Positions 32,409 to 47,931 of a DNA stretch of 64,000 nt are shown piece by piece. Source of the DNA: Bigelowiella natans CCMP2755. Its lineage: Eukaryota; Protista; Cercozoa. Numbering within the stretch: the stretch's first letter is position 1; each line of letters opens with the position of its first letter. The position numbers and the translations under genes are program-made. The stretch is taken from positions 1-64,000 of the forward strand of contig ADNK01001130.1 of the NCBI GenBank assembly GCA_000320545.1. Reading direction: 5' to 3'. A model generated the notes under the pieces. The model was not told where the DNA came from. It did not search any database and saw nothing but the letters and a program-made list of their open reading frames with translations.

Positions 32409-33955
32409 TCAAACTCTAATCACATGATTGGAGGATGCATCAGGCATGCTGACCTTTTTCGTGGATATTGAAGATGACACATAACGCTGGCGTTTTCTCC
32501 CAGGAGGCCTTCGATCAAGCTCGACTTCAAATACCTTGTCAATTGATTACTGTCACATTAAAGTATGATTCAATTTTGTGCTGTGTTTTTACCTCCTTGA
32601 AATCGGTGCCTTTCATCGTTTCGCTTATCTCAAGTGTCACCACCCTTACATTTGCGGTGCAAATTTTGATGCGCTCGATTGTTGATACAGAGGGAAGACC
32701 AATCATAATCTCTTGGGGGAATCTGAGAAAATAGGATAGGAAAGTTTCAGTTCTCTTTCAGTGCCGACGAAAAAGTAGTTGACGGAATAAACATTTCTTC
32801 ACGGGGACTGCCTTTGTTACTCTCTCTGTGTTTCTCCCCCTTTCCTTCCATAGTGAATGTGTGGATTACAATCCAGTGCTGAGCCAGAATGTGCGCGGGT
32901 CTCCATCTAGGATGTTGCTTGCAGGGAATCTGACGACGATTAATAAGTACCGTTCCATTTCGAATTTTATTTCCCAATTTTGTACATGTTACGAAAGATA
33001 CAACCTGTGATCGCGAGATGTTACGTGACAAATTTGAGCACCCTCAGAAGAAAGGGTTAGATTTTGAGCAGAAAAAGACGTTCCACCGTACGCTCCGTTG
33101 TCTGAGACTAAGTTTCTCAGTTCATTACAAAGAACATCCAAACACGTCAACATACTTGTGTTGTGAAGTTTCTCGTTGTGGAGTTCCTTGCATATTTTTT
33201 TTGAGCTTCCTAATTTCATTCAGCACAAGAGCTCATAAATCGTCGGCTTTCATGACAAATGCTGTTGTGCTGCTCCTCACCACTTTTCATTGCTCCAAAT
33301 AGAGAACTCCATGACCCTTCGCTAGGTGACCTTCTACTAGGCAGCCTTTTCTGTGCTTTAATCCGATCCTCTGTTGAATTCAAAGATGTAGACGATGATG
33401 ATAACGTTGTTCCAGGGGAGCGGATTTTCCCTAAAGCCCTCTTTGATTTGTGCTCTGTTTTTCCTTGAAACTGGGTTGGCATTTGTCTGAATGTTTTGCG
33501 ACGTGAGACATCATCAGTCACGGCGCGGCAGAGAGTACCACAAGAAATATTACATTGTTCGTTGTTGCAATTTTTTAGCCTGTTGAAGTGCCATGGCCCA
33601 GTCATCACTCTCAGAAGATGAACTCGACGGTTCGTGCTCTTTATCAGTGAGGTTTTCAGAAATTTGGTCCGGATCAGCTGATGCTGATCCCATACGGTTG
33701 GCTTCCCTGATGCAATCTTCTTGCTCTAATTCAATGTTAGCGTTAATGTTTATTCTTCTGCGATCAAGGTACAACCAGCATCTCAAAGGTGCTATTCATC
33801 AATCGGGCTGAGCCGAATGGGGATGTGCAGACACTGTTGTGAAAATGCGATGGTTTTCTAGTCTTGCGACAATAATTTCAGTAGTCGCTCCCCGAATATA
33901 GGCAGTATTTCGTATCCAGCTTTCCATTTCAGATCGCTCTCCGATAGACTCGGCT
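32409..33955 (-). CDS. Hypothetical multi-exon protein
   Basis: Exon-like frames MESWIRNTAYIRG.., EQEDCIRE..DDWAMALQQAKKLQ, AVTDDVSRRK.. and VFEVELDRRPPGRKRQR..RV*, with plausible splice sites. Boundaries uncertain. Confidence 0.45.
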
Positions 33956-34210
33956 GGAAAAAGTGACCAGACGAATGCTGTGTTGCCAAAGGCAAATAAA
34001 TGTCCTCAATCTGACTCGTTTTTCCACCTTAATATATCTTAGAATCTCGACGTGAAATTTGAGTTGAACCGGGGCAACGGACTACATCTTACAAAATCTA
34101 TCTTCGTCAGTACATCGGGAATACTTCCAATAAATTTAATACATATATAACTTAATTTCTGTTGTCGCAACCTGCGAATTCGGAACCCTCCTCGCAAAAC
34201 TATCAGCATA

Positions 34211-34546
34211 ATGTCCTTGGCCCTAGCCGCGATGGCCAGGCATAGAGGTGGGGATTTTCTAATATGGTGTACAACAGTGCAGCTATAGCACCCCTCGAAG
34301 CATCAATAAACATGCGACAGGGTGAAGACGGCCATTTCACATTATTACCGACGACGAGGATTGAAGCATCTTGTCGTTGCTCCTCCATTATGCTGGCTGA
34401 GACACTCACTGTCCTACATTGCAATTCAGGGTTCGCCGTATTGAAGAGGGGAAAGAAAATGATGAGTACCAAAAGCAAAGCACCACTTGCAGCGATTATT
34501 TGGGGAGAGGTATTTGCCATTGGCCGCGCGATGATACTGACGATAA

Positions 34547-34585
<39 letters not shown>

Positions 34586-34827
34586 ATAATGAATTTTTAT
34601 CGTCGTTGCGTATGAAAATAAGAATACGCAAGTGCTTGCTATTTTAGAGGAACTTCAAATGAATATACTGGAAATTAAACGATGAAGTGTGTTATGGTTT
34701 GCGACGGAATACTATTCACTGCTGTGTTCTTTCTTCGGCCAAAAATGTGTCAGGGGGCTCATGGGAAGCTCGGTCTTGGAGATACTCAACGCCAAGACTA
34801 TCCGGTCGTTCTTGACATTGGTACTAT

Positions 34828-34868
<41 letters not shown>

Positions 34869-35383
34869 CTCCTCCAGCACTGTTTCTAACCTTCACAGTA
34901 TAACTGTTGACTATGCATGTGACAATGGAATAATGGAATGCCTCCTATCTTTGATGCCATGCAACGATACGAAGGAAGAGCTGTTATTGTTGATTTGACG
35001 ATGCTGATTGTCAGATAACTTCGACGGGGAAGGCTTGAAGGATATTCGGTGTGGACACAATACAACTGCAGCAATCACCGGTCGTCACTAGTTTGTGAAT
35101 AGTGGCAGCCACCCTTTTGAAGCACTAATATGCTTTTGGTATTATGAAAATCTATCAATTGGTTTGGTGGGGATTGGAGTAATAAAGCAATCGCCCATGT
35201 GAATGCAGAAAGAAGGAAAGCTATTTCACACCGATCTTCAAAATGTCAAGAGATGCTAATTTAATAATCATACCGCAAACAACGCATCAGAGAGTGGTCG
35301 CCTGTACATGTGGGGTTCTCAGAAGTATTTTCTATGCGGTAATGGAGTCAGCAGTGGCTATTACGATGTAAGTCACCCCACTA

Positions 35384-35418
<35 letters not shown>

Positions 35419-36082
35419 ATATACATAGACGCCCAACCCAAAGTTGCCGTTTTTGAGTTGTAGAAGTGGTCTTTTCGTCGTCCTTGTCGTCAAATGATAA
35501 CGCACAATTTGAACAAGCATAACTACAAACAGAAGCAGAGCAAGCTTGCCATCCTCCTCCTCATCATCATCATCATCATCATCGTCATCGTCATCATAAT
35601 CGTCATCATAATCGTCACCACGACCACCTTTATCATAGACGCCGACCGTGGTTAAGTTCTTCGAGGACAAGCCTGTTCGTGACGTGCAGCTTGGTCCCAC
35701 CACAACCTTTGTTATTACAGGTATGAACTACCATTTCGCAGTCGTCATCCTCGTCGATCGTCATGACACATTGTCTGCCCCTCCTCGTCGCCCTCCCCTA
35801 CGTGCACCCCCCTCAGAATCGGGATCGCTCTACTCGTGGGGGTGGGGGGGTGGACTTACCTCTGCGGGATGCCTAGGCCATGTAATAATGATAGTTATGA
35901 GCGTGATGAGAATGGTTACTTCGCGAGACGATCACGGATGACGCGTTTTGATTTGAAAATTATCCCCCAAACACCCCCATGATGACCATCGCCTTGGTAA
36001 TGAGAAACATCCTCATCAAAACTATGCGGGCCAAAAGATGATATTACATCGTCTTCCTTCCTATTCTTCTTGCCCTCCTCGA

Positions 36083-36123
<41 letters not shown>

Positions 36124-36868
36124 TGCCTACAACCCATGTGCACCAGGGCGACTGGGAAAGCAGAGAAGAACCGACGGTCGTGGAGTTCTTTGAAGGTACC
36201 CTTCCTCCGTAACGTATCCATCATGCTTCGGTGTCATAATAATTACCATTTTCATCACTACCACTACCACCACCAACGTCATCATCGTCCATCATCGTCC
36301 ATCCTCATCATCATCATTGTAGCAAGTACCCATCATCGTCTTTATCACCCAGACAAGAAGCTCATGGATGTGGCGGTGGGCGGATATCATGCCACCTCTG
36401 TGGTCGAGGGGGTGAGCAACCAATGATGTTTTGGCAGATACATAATAACTTCCAGTTGGTTTTACGTTTATGCTCACTTCTTGTTGATTCGACGTTAATT
36501 TTTCTCTGAAATCTGAACAACCTTCCACCATGATCGCATTCATCCTTCACCACTTCATCACCGCCGCGTCGTCGTCATCTCTTCGTGGCAATCAAACAGG
36601 GGCGAGTCTACTCATGGGGTCGTGGCGCGTATGGCCGATTAGGTAGCTAGAGGAATGAGCTTGTGAGCAAGTTTTTTTAGTCCGAGGGGGATCTTTGTGG
36701 TTCATCTCTCATTTCAATGACGATTGTTCGCGTGGAAGCTCAGAAAGAGTTGTGGTATGGACGCCGCCTCCTCCTTTTTCATTGTATTTGATGCTCAAAG
36801 GCGTTGGAGCTTCCTCGGATCACCACACGCCTACGGAAGTGCCTCTATTCGAGTATCAGGTAATGCTT

Positions 36869-36911
<43 letters not shown>

Positions 36912-37287
36912 TATAATCCTATTGCGCGCAATAGCGTCAATGCGCTGACGGACAGAAATCGCTGCAATGCTATACCGTTTGAATGCCACGTGTAGAAAGA
37001 GTAGTAGTAGTCGTCGTCATCGTCGTCGTCGTTGTGGTTGGCTTTATCGTAGATCGCGTCTGCAGCAAAATCCTCCCAGTTTGGCCATATTTCTAGTTAT
37101 TGAAAGGGTTGCCACCGCGAGCGATCAACTCCCTGCTCCCACCTTCTATCTTCCTTACCCTCTTCTTTCTCTGCCATCCGAACAAACAGCCTGCAAAGTA
37201 TGTGGCGGCAGGAGATGCATATTGCTCGGCGCTCACAGAGGTATTATTATTTGCGATGTGACAGCCGAGGACAAGAGAGAGAGCGAG

Positions 37288-37331
<44 letters not shown>

Positions 37332-37492
37332 CTTTTGTCATCAAGATTCCCGTCTTCATGGATTTGAAAATCAATATATTTATATATATATATATATATA
37401 TATGTATAATATTTACATGTTTTTTTGGTGTGATTATGGATAGAATGGGCAGCTGTACTCCTGGGGAGCCAACGATAACTTGCAGCTAGGTT

Positions 37493-37527
<35 letters not shown>

Positions 37528-38045
37528 ACACATGTGTATCATCTATCCTCTGTTGATGAATCAACGAGCTTGTAAACTGATCAGTGTCGTTCGGCACTCT
37601 AACCAGGCATTATCTGACAACAACTCACTCTGCTTTACTTCTTAAATCATTCTTAAATCACATCTCTGCGGCTGCTGCTTCATATGTTGTCGTGGGAAGT
37701 GGAAACATTGTGTGATCCATCATTTTCTTATCAATCGCATAGATAAGGAAATCAGCCCATGCACATCTGCGTCACCTCTTTTCTACATATTGAATTGGAG
37801 TTTGAGAGACGATCGTTCAAAAATTGAGAGTGATGCTTACTTCCTCTTTACCCCTTTAACTAAGGCATTGGCCCCTCCCCCACTCTCGATGTTCAGGTGC
37901 TTCTCTTCATTTCCTTCTTCCTCCTCCTCTTCTTCTTCTTCTTCTTCTTCTTCTTCTTCTTCATCTTTATCTTTGTCCCTCTCGATACCCCTTAACACGT
38001 TTTGGCCACCTATTCAATTCACTACGCACTATTGCTCAATAGAAA

Positions 38046-38088
<43 letters not shown>

Positions 38089-39520
38089 TGTGTGTGTGTG
38101 TCGCCATGGAGTATCCCGTTGATGTTATGTCTCACGCTGTCTATCTACGATCAATCGAAATCATAACATTATTAGAGCATGGAGGCAGATCCCCAGGCAG
38201 TGCGGGGAGTAAACTATTCTATGTGTGCTGCTACGGCCATTGCGTGTGGCGGCAAGCACGGGATTGCATTGATGACAGGTCGCTGCTGCTGCTGCTGTCC
38301 TCATCATTGTTGCACCCTGTTCATGATGAAGCTGATAGCCTAGGAAGAGAATAAGTTTCCTCCCCCCATGATGGCATTTAACACCTGCTTTATATCATCA
38401 CCCTTCTTCCTGGCGCTTGTTTTTATGAATCATCGTCAACTTCGTTAGATTTCCCCCTCTGACTGACTGAGAGAGCGATGTACTACTACTAGCAATGTTT
38501 GGTTCTAATTGCATGACGGCATCGACTTTTCTCTTCAGACGGTAAAGCCTATGAATGGGGCGCTCATCGATCTGCCATTGCCAACCTTGTGGAATACGTA
38601 AGAAGGCACCCAAAGAGGGAGAGAAAGGGGGGCGGAGCGGGTGGAAGAGAACGAGAGATAATACCGTCGTTTGTTACAAACATCAGTTGGACGACGAGTG
38701 GGGTGTTGCTGCTCCTGGTGAGAAGCTTACTGACTTCAAAGTTACTGACATCTCTGCCGGAAAGGTGCTTATATATATATATATATATAACGATCATAGC
38801 TTCAAAACGAAAGTGTTGTTTCTTCTTTCTGTGTCTGTAAATTAACAATCGCTGATAGTCGGAATAATTACCAAGAAGTCGCTATATCTGTAAACCATAT
38901 CATAAACTATTTATTACCCACACGACGTGTCCTTGCCTCCCCCCCCGCCCCCCTTCTCTCCCAGAATTTTAGTGCTGTTGTAACCGAAACAGGCGAGATG
39001 TTCACATGGGGAGGTATCCAGCTACTGCTGCTGCTACTACCACTACTACTGCTACTACTACCTATAATCATCATCATCATGTTTCGTCCAGGAATAGCTG
39101 TCCTGATGCCGTAATGAAGTAAAGTCTGTCAAATGTTGGTTTTTGTTCATTTTTTAAGTTGATGCTGTTGTATGTGTGCATTCCCATCTCCCTCCACCTC
39201 AGGCACGACAAAGTGCCTTGGCATTGGTATCAAACTAATAATCTATGCGTGGTGGAAATGAACAAATTGCTGTTGACCAGCGACATCATGGCTCTCGTGC
39301 CACATCTGATTGGCACTCGTAAACAGGAGAAAACACGTGGGTGAAGGCCCCGATCATGTTTGCGAATCGCGATGACTTTGAGTTCCCTCTGATTCGGAAA
39401 GTCTCGTGCGGCCAAGATCACATGGTAGTGGAAGTATTAGCAGTAGTCAAAAAAACCGTGGAACTTTTTGATGTTATCATGACATACACACAGGCTGCGC
39501 TCTTCGAGGATGATTACTAA
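34211..39520 (+). CDS. RCC1-repeat (RLD) beta-propeller protein, possibly mitochondrial RCC1L-like
   Basis: Exons GAHGKLGLGDT, SGSLYSWGWGG..GCLGH, DVAVGGYH, GRVYSWGRGAYGRLG, NGQLYSWGANDNLQL, DISAGK|NFSAVVTETGEMFTWG and KVSCGQDHM. N-terminus MSLALAAMARHR. Confidence 0.85.
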
Positions 39521-40312
39521 CTGCAGTGGCGCTACGTCCGCTGTCTATCACAGCACTCTCTTCGCTAGTTCGTATCATAGATCTGCAGCAGCACGCACGT
39601 CATCTAGATCATGGACATTGATCAATTCGCAGGAGGGTGTCCTATCATCTGTCTTGATTTGTCCTACTTAAGCCTATGGATTATACGTTATCACGCCTGC
39701 GTCAAAATCTATTATGTGCGCAGAGATGCCATGACACATGATGAATTTTGATGGTGTCATAGCATGTGCTAATCGCATTCTATATATGGCATTGTCATCG
39801 TCGATCATGACTGCTAGACTACTCTGCATTGTGTCGTAGCCCATGCACAAGTGCCGCGTGACAAAGTCAGCAAATGACCCGCCCAACTACAGGCACACAT
39901 AATTATTGCATATACGTCACTTACACTGCTCGTATACAAGGCGCAAGAACCTGCCTGGCTAGCTGACAATTATCATAAAAGCCAATTGCATCATTGACGC
40001 ACTGCAATAGCTCCACGTACGGCGCTAGGGCGCACGGCCGCACTAGACATCTGGCATAGCTTTGCTATTGTTTGCTGCGATACACGATGCAATAGTGAAC
40101 ATCAATCGGTATCATCAGATCGAGTATGTACGTAATTGATAAGCGCACATGACCATATTTGCTGCTTTGCTTTGCTGAAATCGAAAGAGATGCTGTTGAT
40201 TCAAATGTTGCATGTCGTGCCAGCGAAGTGCAAAAGCAATTCCAAATGCGTTGGCTTAACAGGAGGCCCTCTACTTTAGTGATTTAGAACTTGAAAGAGG
40301 AGAACCGCCTCA

Positions 40313-42310
40313 TTATTCTTTGGCATCTCCGACTTCCATCTTAACTGTATCCTCCACCTTCACAGCAGTTTCGGTCGCCTGCAATCAATTCACGTTCGAA
40401 GACTTACACTTGCACACCCATTTGGAAGAAAAGACTAGAAAATCAATATAGAGAATAACCGAACTTACGTGTTCATTTACAACTTCAATCCTGAGATTAT
40501 GTAAGGTTTTCGTTGTTTTTTCCAGCTTTTTCTTGTCCTAATGGATGAAGCAGAATGGCGTTTGTTGCTTGCGCTGCCTCGAGGAAATGAGAACGTACCT
40601 TATTCTTCCGTATGGAAATGGATCTCGGGTTGATGCGAGTTCCACGATTATTCCTCCTACCGCTTGCTCGGTTCCCTTGGATTTCCATTCTTTGACGGTT
40701 GCGATTTCGATTCCTATTGCGACCTCCTCCTCGTCCTCGTCTTGACATTTGCTTCTGGTACCATCTGCGACGAATTGAAAGGAATGAGTCTTAGGGATGT
40801 TAGCATGGTGCAAGTGCTCGTCTCCGTACTTTGATGGCTTCCGTTCCCCGACTGGCTTCTTGACGTCCCCCTTGTGGCATACCCTCAGAAGCATGCGATG
40901 ACCCTATTCGTTCAAAACCCACCACCATTGTCAATATCTTGGACGAAACTCGGATAACGACGGATAGATGAATTACATCTATAGGCTTTCCCTTTCTCCA
41001 AACGATCATATCAAGATCTGGACGCGTTGACATCTCTGGATGTGACTCTTTGACACGCGCTACTTCACTCTCGAGCGGCATGGAAAGGCAAGACAGGGCT
41101 CTCTTGCACGAAAAGGAATCCACGAAGACGACATTACACGCGCTATCGTTGAGCCACTGTTGATTGCATACAAGGCCCCCAGAGGAGACAAAAGATAATG
41201 AAGGCACACGGTAAAAATACACATTGATGGTACGTACCTCTACTTTTGTGGCTCCCATTCCAGAGAAGTATTGGAATATTGTCTTCGTGCTCATAGTTGA
41301 CCTATATATTGTCGCGAATTCGTAAGAAAAGGAAACACCCAAGTACGTCTTGCACAGAATAGCATTTTACGTTATTCCATAGAGGTGAACAGTATCGTAA
41401 CGATAATCTTCTGGTGCCCCAATTTCAGGTTCGTTTGGCGTCTCATACTTGTGTACGTCCTCCATAACACGTTCCTGTAAACATGCAAACTAAGAACATG
41501 CAATTAAGTTTCCCCTTTTGAACCCCCACCTTGGTCTCTGTCATCCCGAATCGTTTCATCCTTTCTTGTCTTTTTTCGTATTCGCCGAGGGTTATACCCT
41601 CGATATTTGTTATGGGATTGTACGAAGATCCTCCGAATCTCGCTGCTCTTTTAGCCATCTTCTCTCGTTCGCTCTAGTTTTTTTAAAAAAAGGAGATTAC
41701 TCTTGTGTTCCTGTTCACATTAGCCGCTGGCGCTCTATACCTCTGAACAGATGTCGAAGCCTACAACGAATGGAGATTGCTTGTTCAAGTAAACCTTGTT
41801 TTTCCTCGGAGCGCTCTGTGTTATCGCGCATGATTTTAGAAACATTTTTAACTTCCCCCCAAAAATAGACAACATTCACAAAAGCACACCAGAGCTTTTA
41901 GTTCCACTGTCGGGCGTTCTCCAGTTTCAGCTTCGGCTTCATCTTCGCCTTTTTCCTTAGAAGCTTGAGCCCTTGGAGGCTTATAAAAATTCAATTCTGG
42001 TTTCACTACTTCTGCACCGCCCGCCCCTTGCATTTCCTCAACCGCTTCGTTTTTTGCTTTCGGATTGACGTCTAGGTCTAATGGTTCTTCTTTCACGGTG
42101 TCAGTGATCTCTTCCTCCTCGTCTTCCATCTCCAAATCAGCATCGTCCTCGGGCCCGTAATCTGCCCCAGCCTCATCATTCTTTACAGTGATCTCCCCCT
42201 TTCAGTGAAATCATCAAAAATGTAAGCACTCTCCTCAAAGTGATACTAATACAACTCGCTGTTTCCCGTAGTTTGTCAGTTACCTCAGGAAGCAGCAAGT
42301 CGTCATCCAT
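40313..42310 (-). CDS. NCBP3: Nuclear cap-binding protein subunit 3-like
   Basis: RAARFG/RMKRFG repeats, then DTVHLYG..MSTKTIFQYF..KVE|WLNDSACNVVF, the NCBP3 RRM-like signature. Confidence 0.82.
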
Positions 42311-43083
42311 TCTTGGTTCGTCCCTGATCTTCAGTTCTTCTTCGGAACAACCCTCTACGGATAGTCATTTATATTAGGATGTTTATCGTATATTTATGAA
42401 CAAACCAAAACTCTTCGTACCTCACGGCATCATTCAAAATACGATGACGGTAACTTTCAAGAAGTTCCCAAAGTTATGTGTTCCCCGGTGTAGAAATAAG
42501 TCCAAAATTGGAAATTTCACATTGCGGAAAACTTCTAAGTTCTATTGAGGAATAAGAACGTTGGTGTTCGAAGATCTGGCGAAATTGAAATGAAGGCTTC
42601 GAACTGGTTTATATTTCATGCCATAAAGTTCCTATAAAAGATCGTGATCGGTAATATCAAATCAGCATTGATTCTATCCTTCTCGGTTGCCTTCAGACGT
42701 CAGCATCGATGAAGCTTCCCCATCAGAACATCTTACTTCATCTGGTGAGTTGGCATGTGTCGTGAGAATATGAAATAAGAGCATGAAATGGGTTGTCGCA
42801 TAAATTAAATGGATTATATTTTACTTGGTTAGATTCAGAGATTGGGTTCCTTGGCTTGATTTTCGTCAGAAACACGTCACACATCCAAGCACACAAGCGG
42901 AGAGAAGCCACAGGCCTAGCCACTCGCAGCCTGGTGGTTGCCTATAACTCGAGGGATAATAGAAACTAGGAAATCAATATTATACGGCACTAGGACGGCA
43001 AGAGTGCAAAAATTGGAATAAAAACATCTAGATCTTCGACAAGGGGGGGGGGGGGGAACAGGCGGAACCTAAATCCTACGATC

Positions 43084-46000
43084 ATGAGCGGAATGCGATG
43101 GAAGACAAGCGTTCAAGCCATGCCAAAAGCTATTCTCTTTCTCCTGTTCCTAGGTGGCATTTGCAAAAATTGGTCTCAATGTATGTATGTTATAATGGTA
43201 GCTCTTCTCAGGCTATGGCCCCTTAATGCATGGAGAGGCCTCAGCTTCAGGGGATGATGCGGATTCGAGTTCTCTCTCTTCGGTATTAATGAACACTAAT
43301 TCTGTCGCATAGATTATCTTAATCTAACAATCTATGTAACACGATTTTTGACCATCAGAACAATGAAGGCAGCACTACTTTTGCGGCTGCTTTGTCCACT
43401 GAACCTATTGGAGGTAGCGCAATAATGCAGCATGTGCTTATTTACGCAGTTTTCAGACTGAAGATTATACTATATTCTTCCTAACTCAAGTAGAAAATCC
43501 AAGCAAGTCTGGAAGTAACAAGACGGCGGAAATGATTGCCTTACTTGAAGAAATCTCCGAGCTTCGTGATTCGCGAAGGATAGATTCCGACGAGGAAGAA
43601 TGGGCAGAAAAGCTCTCTAAGCTCGTCGACAAAGCAGAGAGTCTGGACAATACTAAAACTGCAGAGTTGAAAGGAGAACTATATCTTTTAGGAGAAGGGT
43701 TTCCTAGAAATCTGACATTGGCATTGAAGTTCTTGAAAGAGGCCGCAGCCAAAGGCAACCCCCGGGCACAGATGCATCTTGGTTTCATGTATGGAAAGGT
43801 GAACTTACTTTTTCGCATACTTACATCCTTGTACTCAGTTAAAATTTTTAAAATCGAATATGCTACTTACTGACCCTAAAATAATGCAGGGGTTCCACAA
43901 GAATGGATTAGCCGACAAGGACGAAGCTCAATCCCTTTTGAATTACTATTTTGCGGCGCTGGGAGGTGTCGCAGAGGCGCAAATGGTGTTAGGATTTCGA
44001 CACTTGTATGGATATGGAGTACCAAAGTCGTGCACGGCATCTATGAAATACTATTCGAAGGTAGCTGATGCTGTGGTTGAGTATCATAGTAAGAAGGCCA
44101 TCTCAAAACCGATAGAGCTGGTGAGACTCTCAGACGACAAGGTATTAGAAGCTGCAGCAATGTGGTGGGGAAGGAGGGGGTGACATGGGGATTGCGAGGT
44201 ACCTTGATACGAGCGATTTTCAACTTGTACAGGCTAGGAACAACAAACTGGAGGAGACAGAAGACGTGATCCAGTATTATCAGCACTCAGCTGATAATGG
44301 CAATGCAGACGCTCAGGTCGTAGTGGTTGGAGGGATCGTTCGGTTGGCAAAATATATCCTGATAGTTCAAACTGGAATTCTAAAAGAAGAATTCACTCAC
44401 TCTCCCCTCACCTCCTCCACAGAAGAAATAACGGCGGATTGCCTTTGTTAGGTTGCTCTGGGCCAACTCAATTTCTACGGTGCACGAGGTGTGCAGCAGG
44501 TATATGGCGCATGCCCCTCTTTACCTGCGGGACGAACAATGGGGTAGGGGGTGGTGCCCATCGATGCTCTATAAAGTAAAAAGAAAGCGACGGTACTCAT
44601 TATCTGCTGCTTCTGGTGCTACCTCAGAATACCGAGGCTGCTGCAAGATACTTTAGGCAAGCAGCGGAGCAAGGAAATGCTGCTGCCAAGGCCAATCTTG
44701 CTCAGATGCACATTCAAGGGCTGGGGGTGAGACTTCACCGTCGTCACCAACGTTTTGATATATTACAATGACTGTATACCAGATAGCAGTGATGCTACCG
44801 TTTAGTGGTGGCTTGTAATAGTAGTCGATAGACGATGCTTGGTACTGATTTATTGCCATCGCCACTCACATATATTTATGCTTCAGGTTGAGCAGAATAA
44901 TAAAACCGCTTTCAAGTATTTCCATGAGGCCGCTGCTAAGGTGGTACTAGATAGAGCGCTCTGCATCGTCATTTTCTTCCTCTTTTTTGTCGTATTCATT
45001 GTCTTTCTTCACCACCAGTCTTGTTTGTTATTGTGGAGAAGAAGGAAAAGAAGAAGGGCATACCATACGTCTGGGGTTCATTTTCCTTTCACTCACAGCT
45101 TAGAAGTAGTATTATGTATGTATTGAGTGTTGGCGTTGTCCCTCCTATTGCCCAGGGTGATGCTGCAGCTCAGAACGGACTGGGGTATATGTATCTCCAT
45201 GGTTACGGAACGACCAAAGACCAGAAAAAAGCAATCAAATTCTTCAAAATGAGCGCCGAGCAGGGTTGTGCGCGTGCTGCGCAAGATGGGATGATGACGC
45301 GCGCGCGCGCACACACACACACACACGCATGCATGCATGCACACCACAGGAGGACGCACAAATATGTCACTACTATCACCACCACCACCACCAGCTCTAA
45401 TGCCGATTGTGCTTCTTTCTCCCCAATAGGCAATGTGGACGCCCAATTCAACCTTGGAGTAATGTATTTCGGTGAGGAGACGATGACGCATCCGCATGAT
45501 ATAGACAGATGTGATTAAGATCGCCAAAAACAATTTTTATTTTATAAAACGCACTCCTCTTCCTCCCCCTCCTTGTAGGTGGCATGGGGATTGATGTCGA
45601 CTATGGGGCGGCGCTTCAATACTTCACCCTAGCGGGGCACCAAGGCCACATTCGTTCTCTATTCAACTTAGCACAGATGCACATGAATGGTATTGATATT
45701 CTTTGACCTAGTGCCTCTACTGCTATCTGCTTCTCTTCCTTCCGACGAGGGAGGAAAGAACTCCATTTTACATTTAGAGAAACCAGAGTTGTTAGTCCAT
45801 TTGGATGGTGCCTGATGATGATGATCATGATGACGATCGGTGCCGTTTTCAGAGTATTCACCAATATGAATCAGCCATCATGATTGATACTCTCTGACTG
45901 ATGTGTTGCATTGCTGAAACTCTCTTCTTCTCTTTTTCTCCACGTTCATCTTTTCTTGCAGGCCTTGGAACTGTGCAGTCATGCCCCATAGCTGTGAAAT

Positions 46001-46340
46001 TGTTCAAAAGTGTGAGTGAGAGAGGTTATTGGGCGAAATGGCTGACGTCAGCTCACAAAGACTACATCCGAGAGGACTACGATTCTGCTCTCATCAAGTC
46101 CGTGTGGCTGCTACTAATATTATATAAGTGCCATCCATTCATGTTAGTTTGACATCCAATTTGTCCGAAACATATCGCACGGGGATGGGAAATAATGATG
46201 ACGAGGATGATGATAATGACGAGGATGATACTGATGAGACGATTACGACGATGATAAAGAGACAGATCCTGTCTCCGCATTTAGCCAATCAATGCGCTCA
46301 TTTTGATTTGTGTACTCACGTAAGTCCGGTGTTGTTCTGC

Positions 46341-46379
<39 letters not shown>

Positions 46380-47123
46380 CCATCATGAGAAGATACTGCA
46401 GGGCATCGGACCAGGTAATGGAGGAAGTAGTGGTGGTGGAAGTAGTAGTAGTAGTAGTAGTAGTCGTAGTGTGCATCAGCCTGTAAACGAAATAGGGAAT
46501 GATAATAATGATATTGATGATGATGATGACAATGATGACAATGGCGATGATGGCCATAACAAGAAAATAATAGGAGAGAATGGTGTCATGTTACACCCAA
46601 AAGTAGGTGCTGTAGTCGTTTTGTACAAATGATTAGCACGCTCGGTGAAAAAGTTACAAAATGAAATAGTCACCGATGATTCTAATCTTTATATACGGAT
46701 AAAATCATTAGGGGTATGAGATGGCGCAGAGCAATGCAGCATGGTTGCTAGGCAAAGATCACGTCGTGTATCATCCATTCGAAGACCGCCATTTGGCATC
46801 TCTACACCATTTGGAGAAAGCTGGTACTATTTGATAAACAATAAACTACTTGCAGCTTGCTAGAAGTAGTAGCAGTAAAAGTAGGAGAGAGAAACTTTCT
46901 GATTAAACACCCATTGCTCTTCTCAGCTCTCCAAGGGAATGTTGATGCGCACCGCATGATAGGGGACCACTACTACTACGGCTTATCGGGGGGGGGAAAC
47001 AACAACAACACCCCGGACTATGAGCAAGCTGCTCGCCACTACACGTTGGCAGGAGAGCAGAAAAATGCCCACGCCAATTTCAACCTAGGGTAGGAGTAAC
47101 AATGAGAGAGAGAGAGGAGGGGG

Positions 47124-47165
<42 letters not shown>

Positions 47166-47400
47166 CATCTCCTGTACACTTTCGTGATGAAAACCTCCTC
47201 CAACAATGAATCTATGGACATGACGACGACCTGCTGCTACATCATCTCCCAGTGAGAGTGATAAGTGTATTATGCAGCAATCTGCCGGTCGTCGCAGTTG
47301 AATGATGGGTGGTGTGATTGAGAGAGTGAGTGACGGCCATATGAACGTGATGGAACTATTGTGTCATGCCGAGGAATTCGTTTTGTTCCTTGATTTATTA

Positions 47401-47443
<43 letters not shown>

Positions 47444-47931
47444 GATGTAATATACTTTTCTTTGCTCTATTCGTTTATCCTCCTCCTCGCATCGTCATCA
47501 GATTTATGCATCAACACGGCGTCGGACTTCCCTTCGATCTGCATCTCGCCAAACGGTTTTATGACTTAGCTCTCGAGAGCTCCCCGGATGCGTATGTTCC
47601 TGTGCAGCTCGCCTTACTCGGTCTTCAACTCCATCAATTCTACCTTGACTTTGTCAAATGGTGGCAAGACCCATCGTCGCCCTTCGGCAGCGGCAGCAAT
47701 AGCGACAAGAAGACAACGAAAGAGGCAAGTGAAAACGACGACGAGGGGGCTGCAAATGCAGGCGGCGAGAAGCAAGCAGAATCTGGGCAAAATACGGCAC
47801 AGAGAGCAAAAGGAAACAAGCGATCGTCATCGGGGAAAGGGTCTAAAACAACGTGGGAAGACCTGATCCTTCTGTTCGCTTGCGGTTTCCTCGCAATTCT
47901 CATTTTCTTCCGCTCGAGACGCGTTACGTAG
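43084..47931 (+). CDS. SEL1L: SEL1L/Hrd3 ERAD component (Sel1-like repeats, C-terminal TM helix)
   Basis: Signal-peptide-like start and many SLR repeats (GNPRAQMHLGFMY, AQMVLGFRHLYGYGVPKSC, AQNGLGYMYLHG, AQFNLGVMYF). Also GYEMAQSNAAWL, GLPFDLHLAKRFYDLA and TM WEDLILLFACGFLAILIFF. Confidence 0.92.
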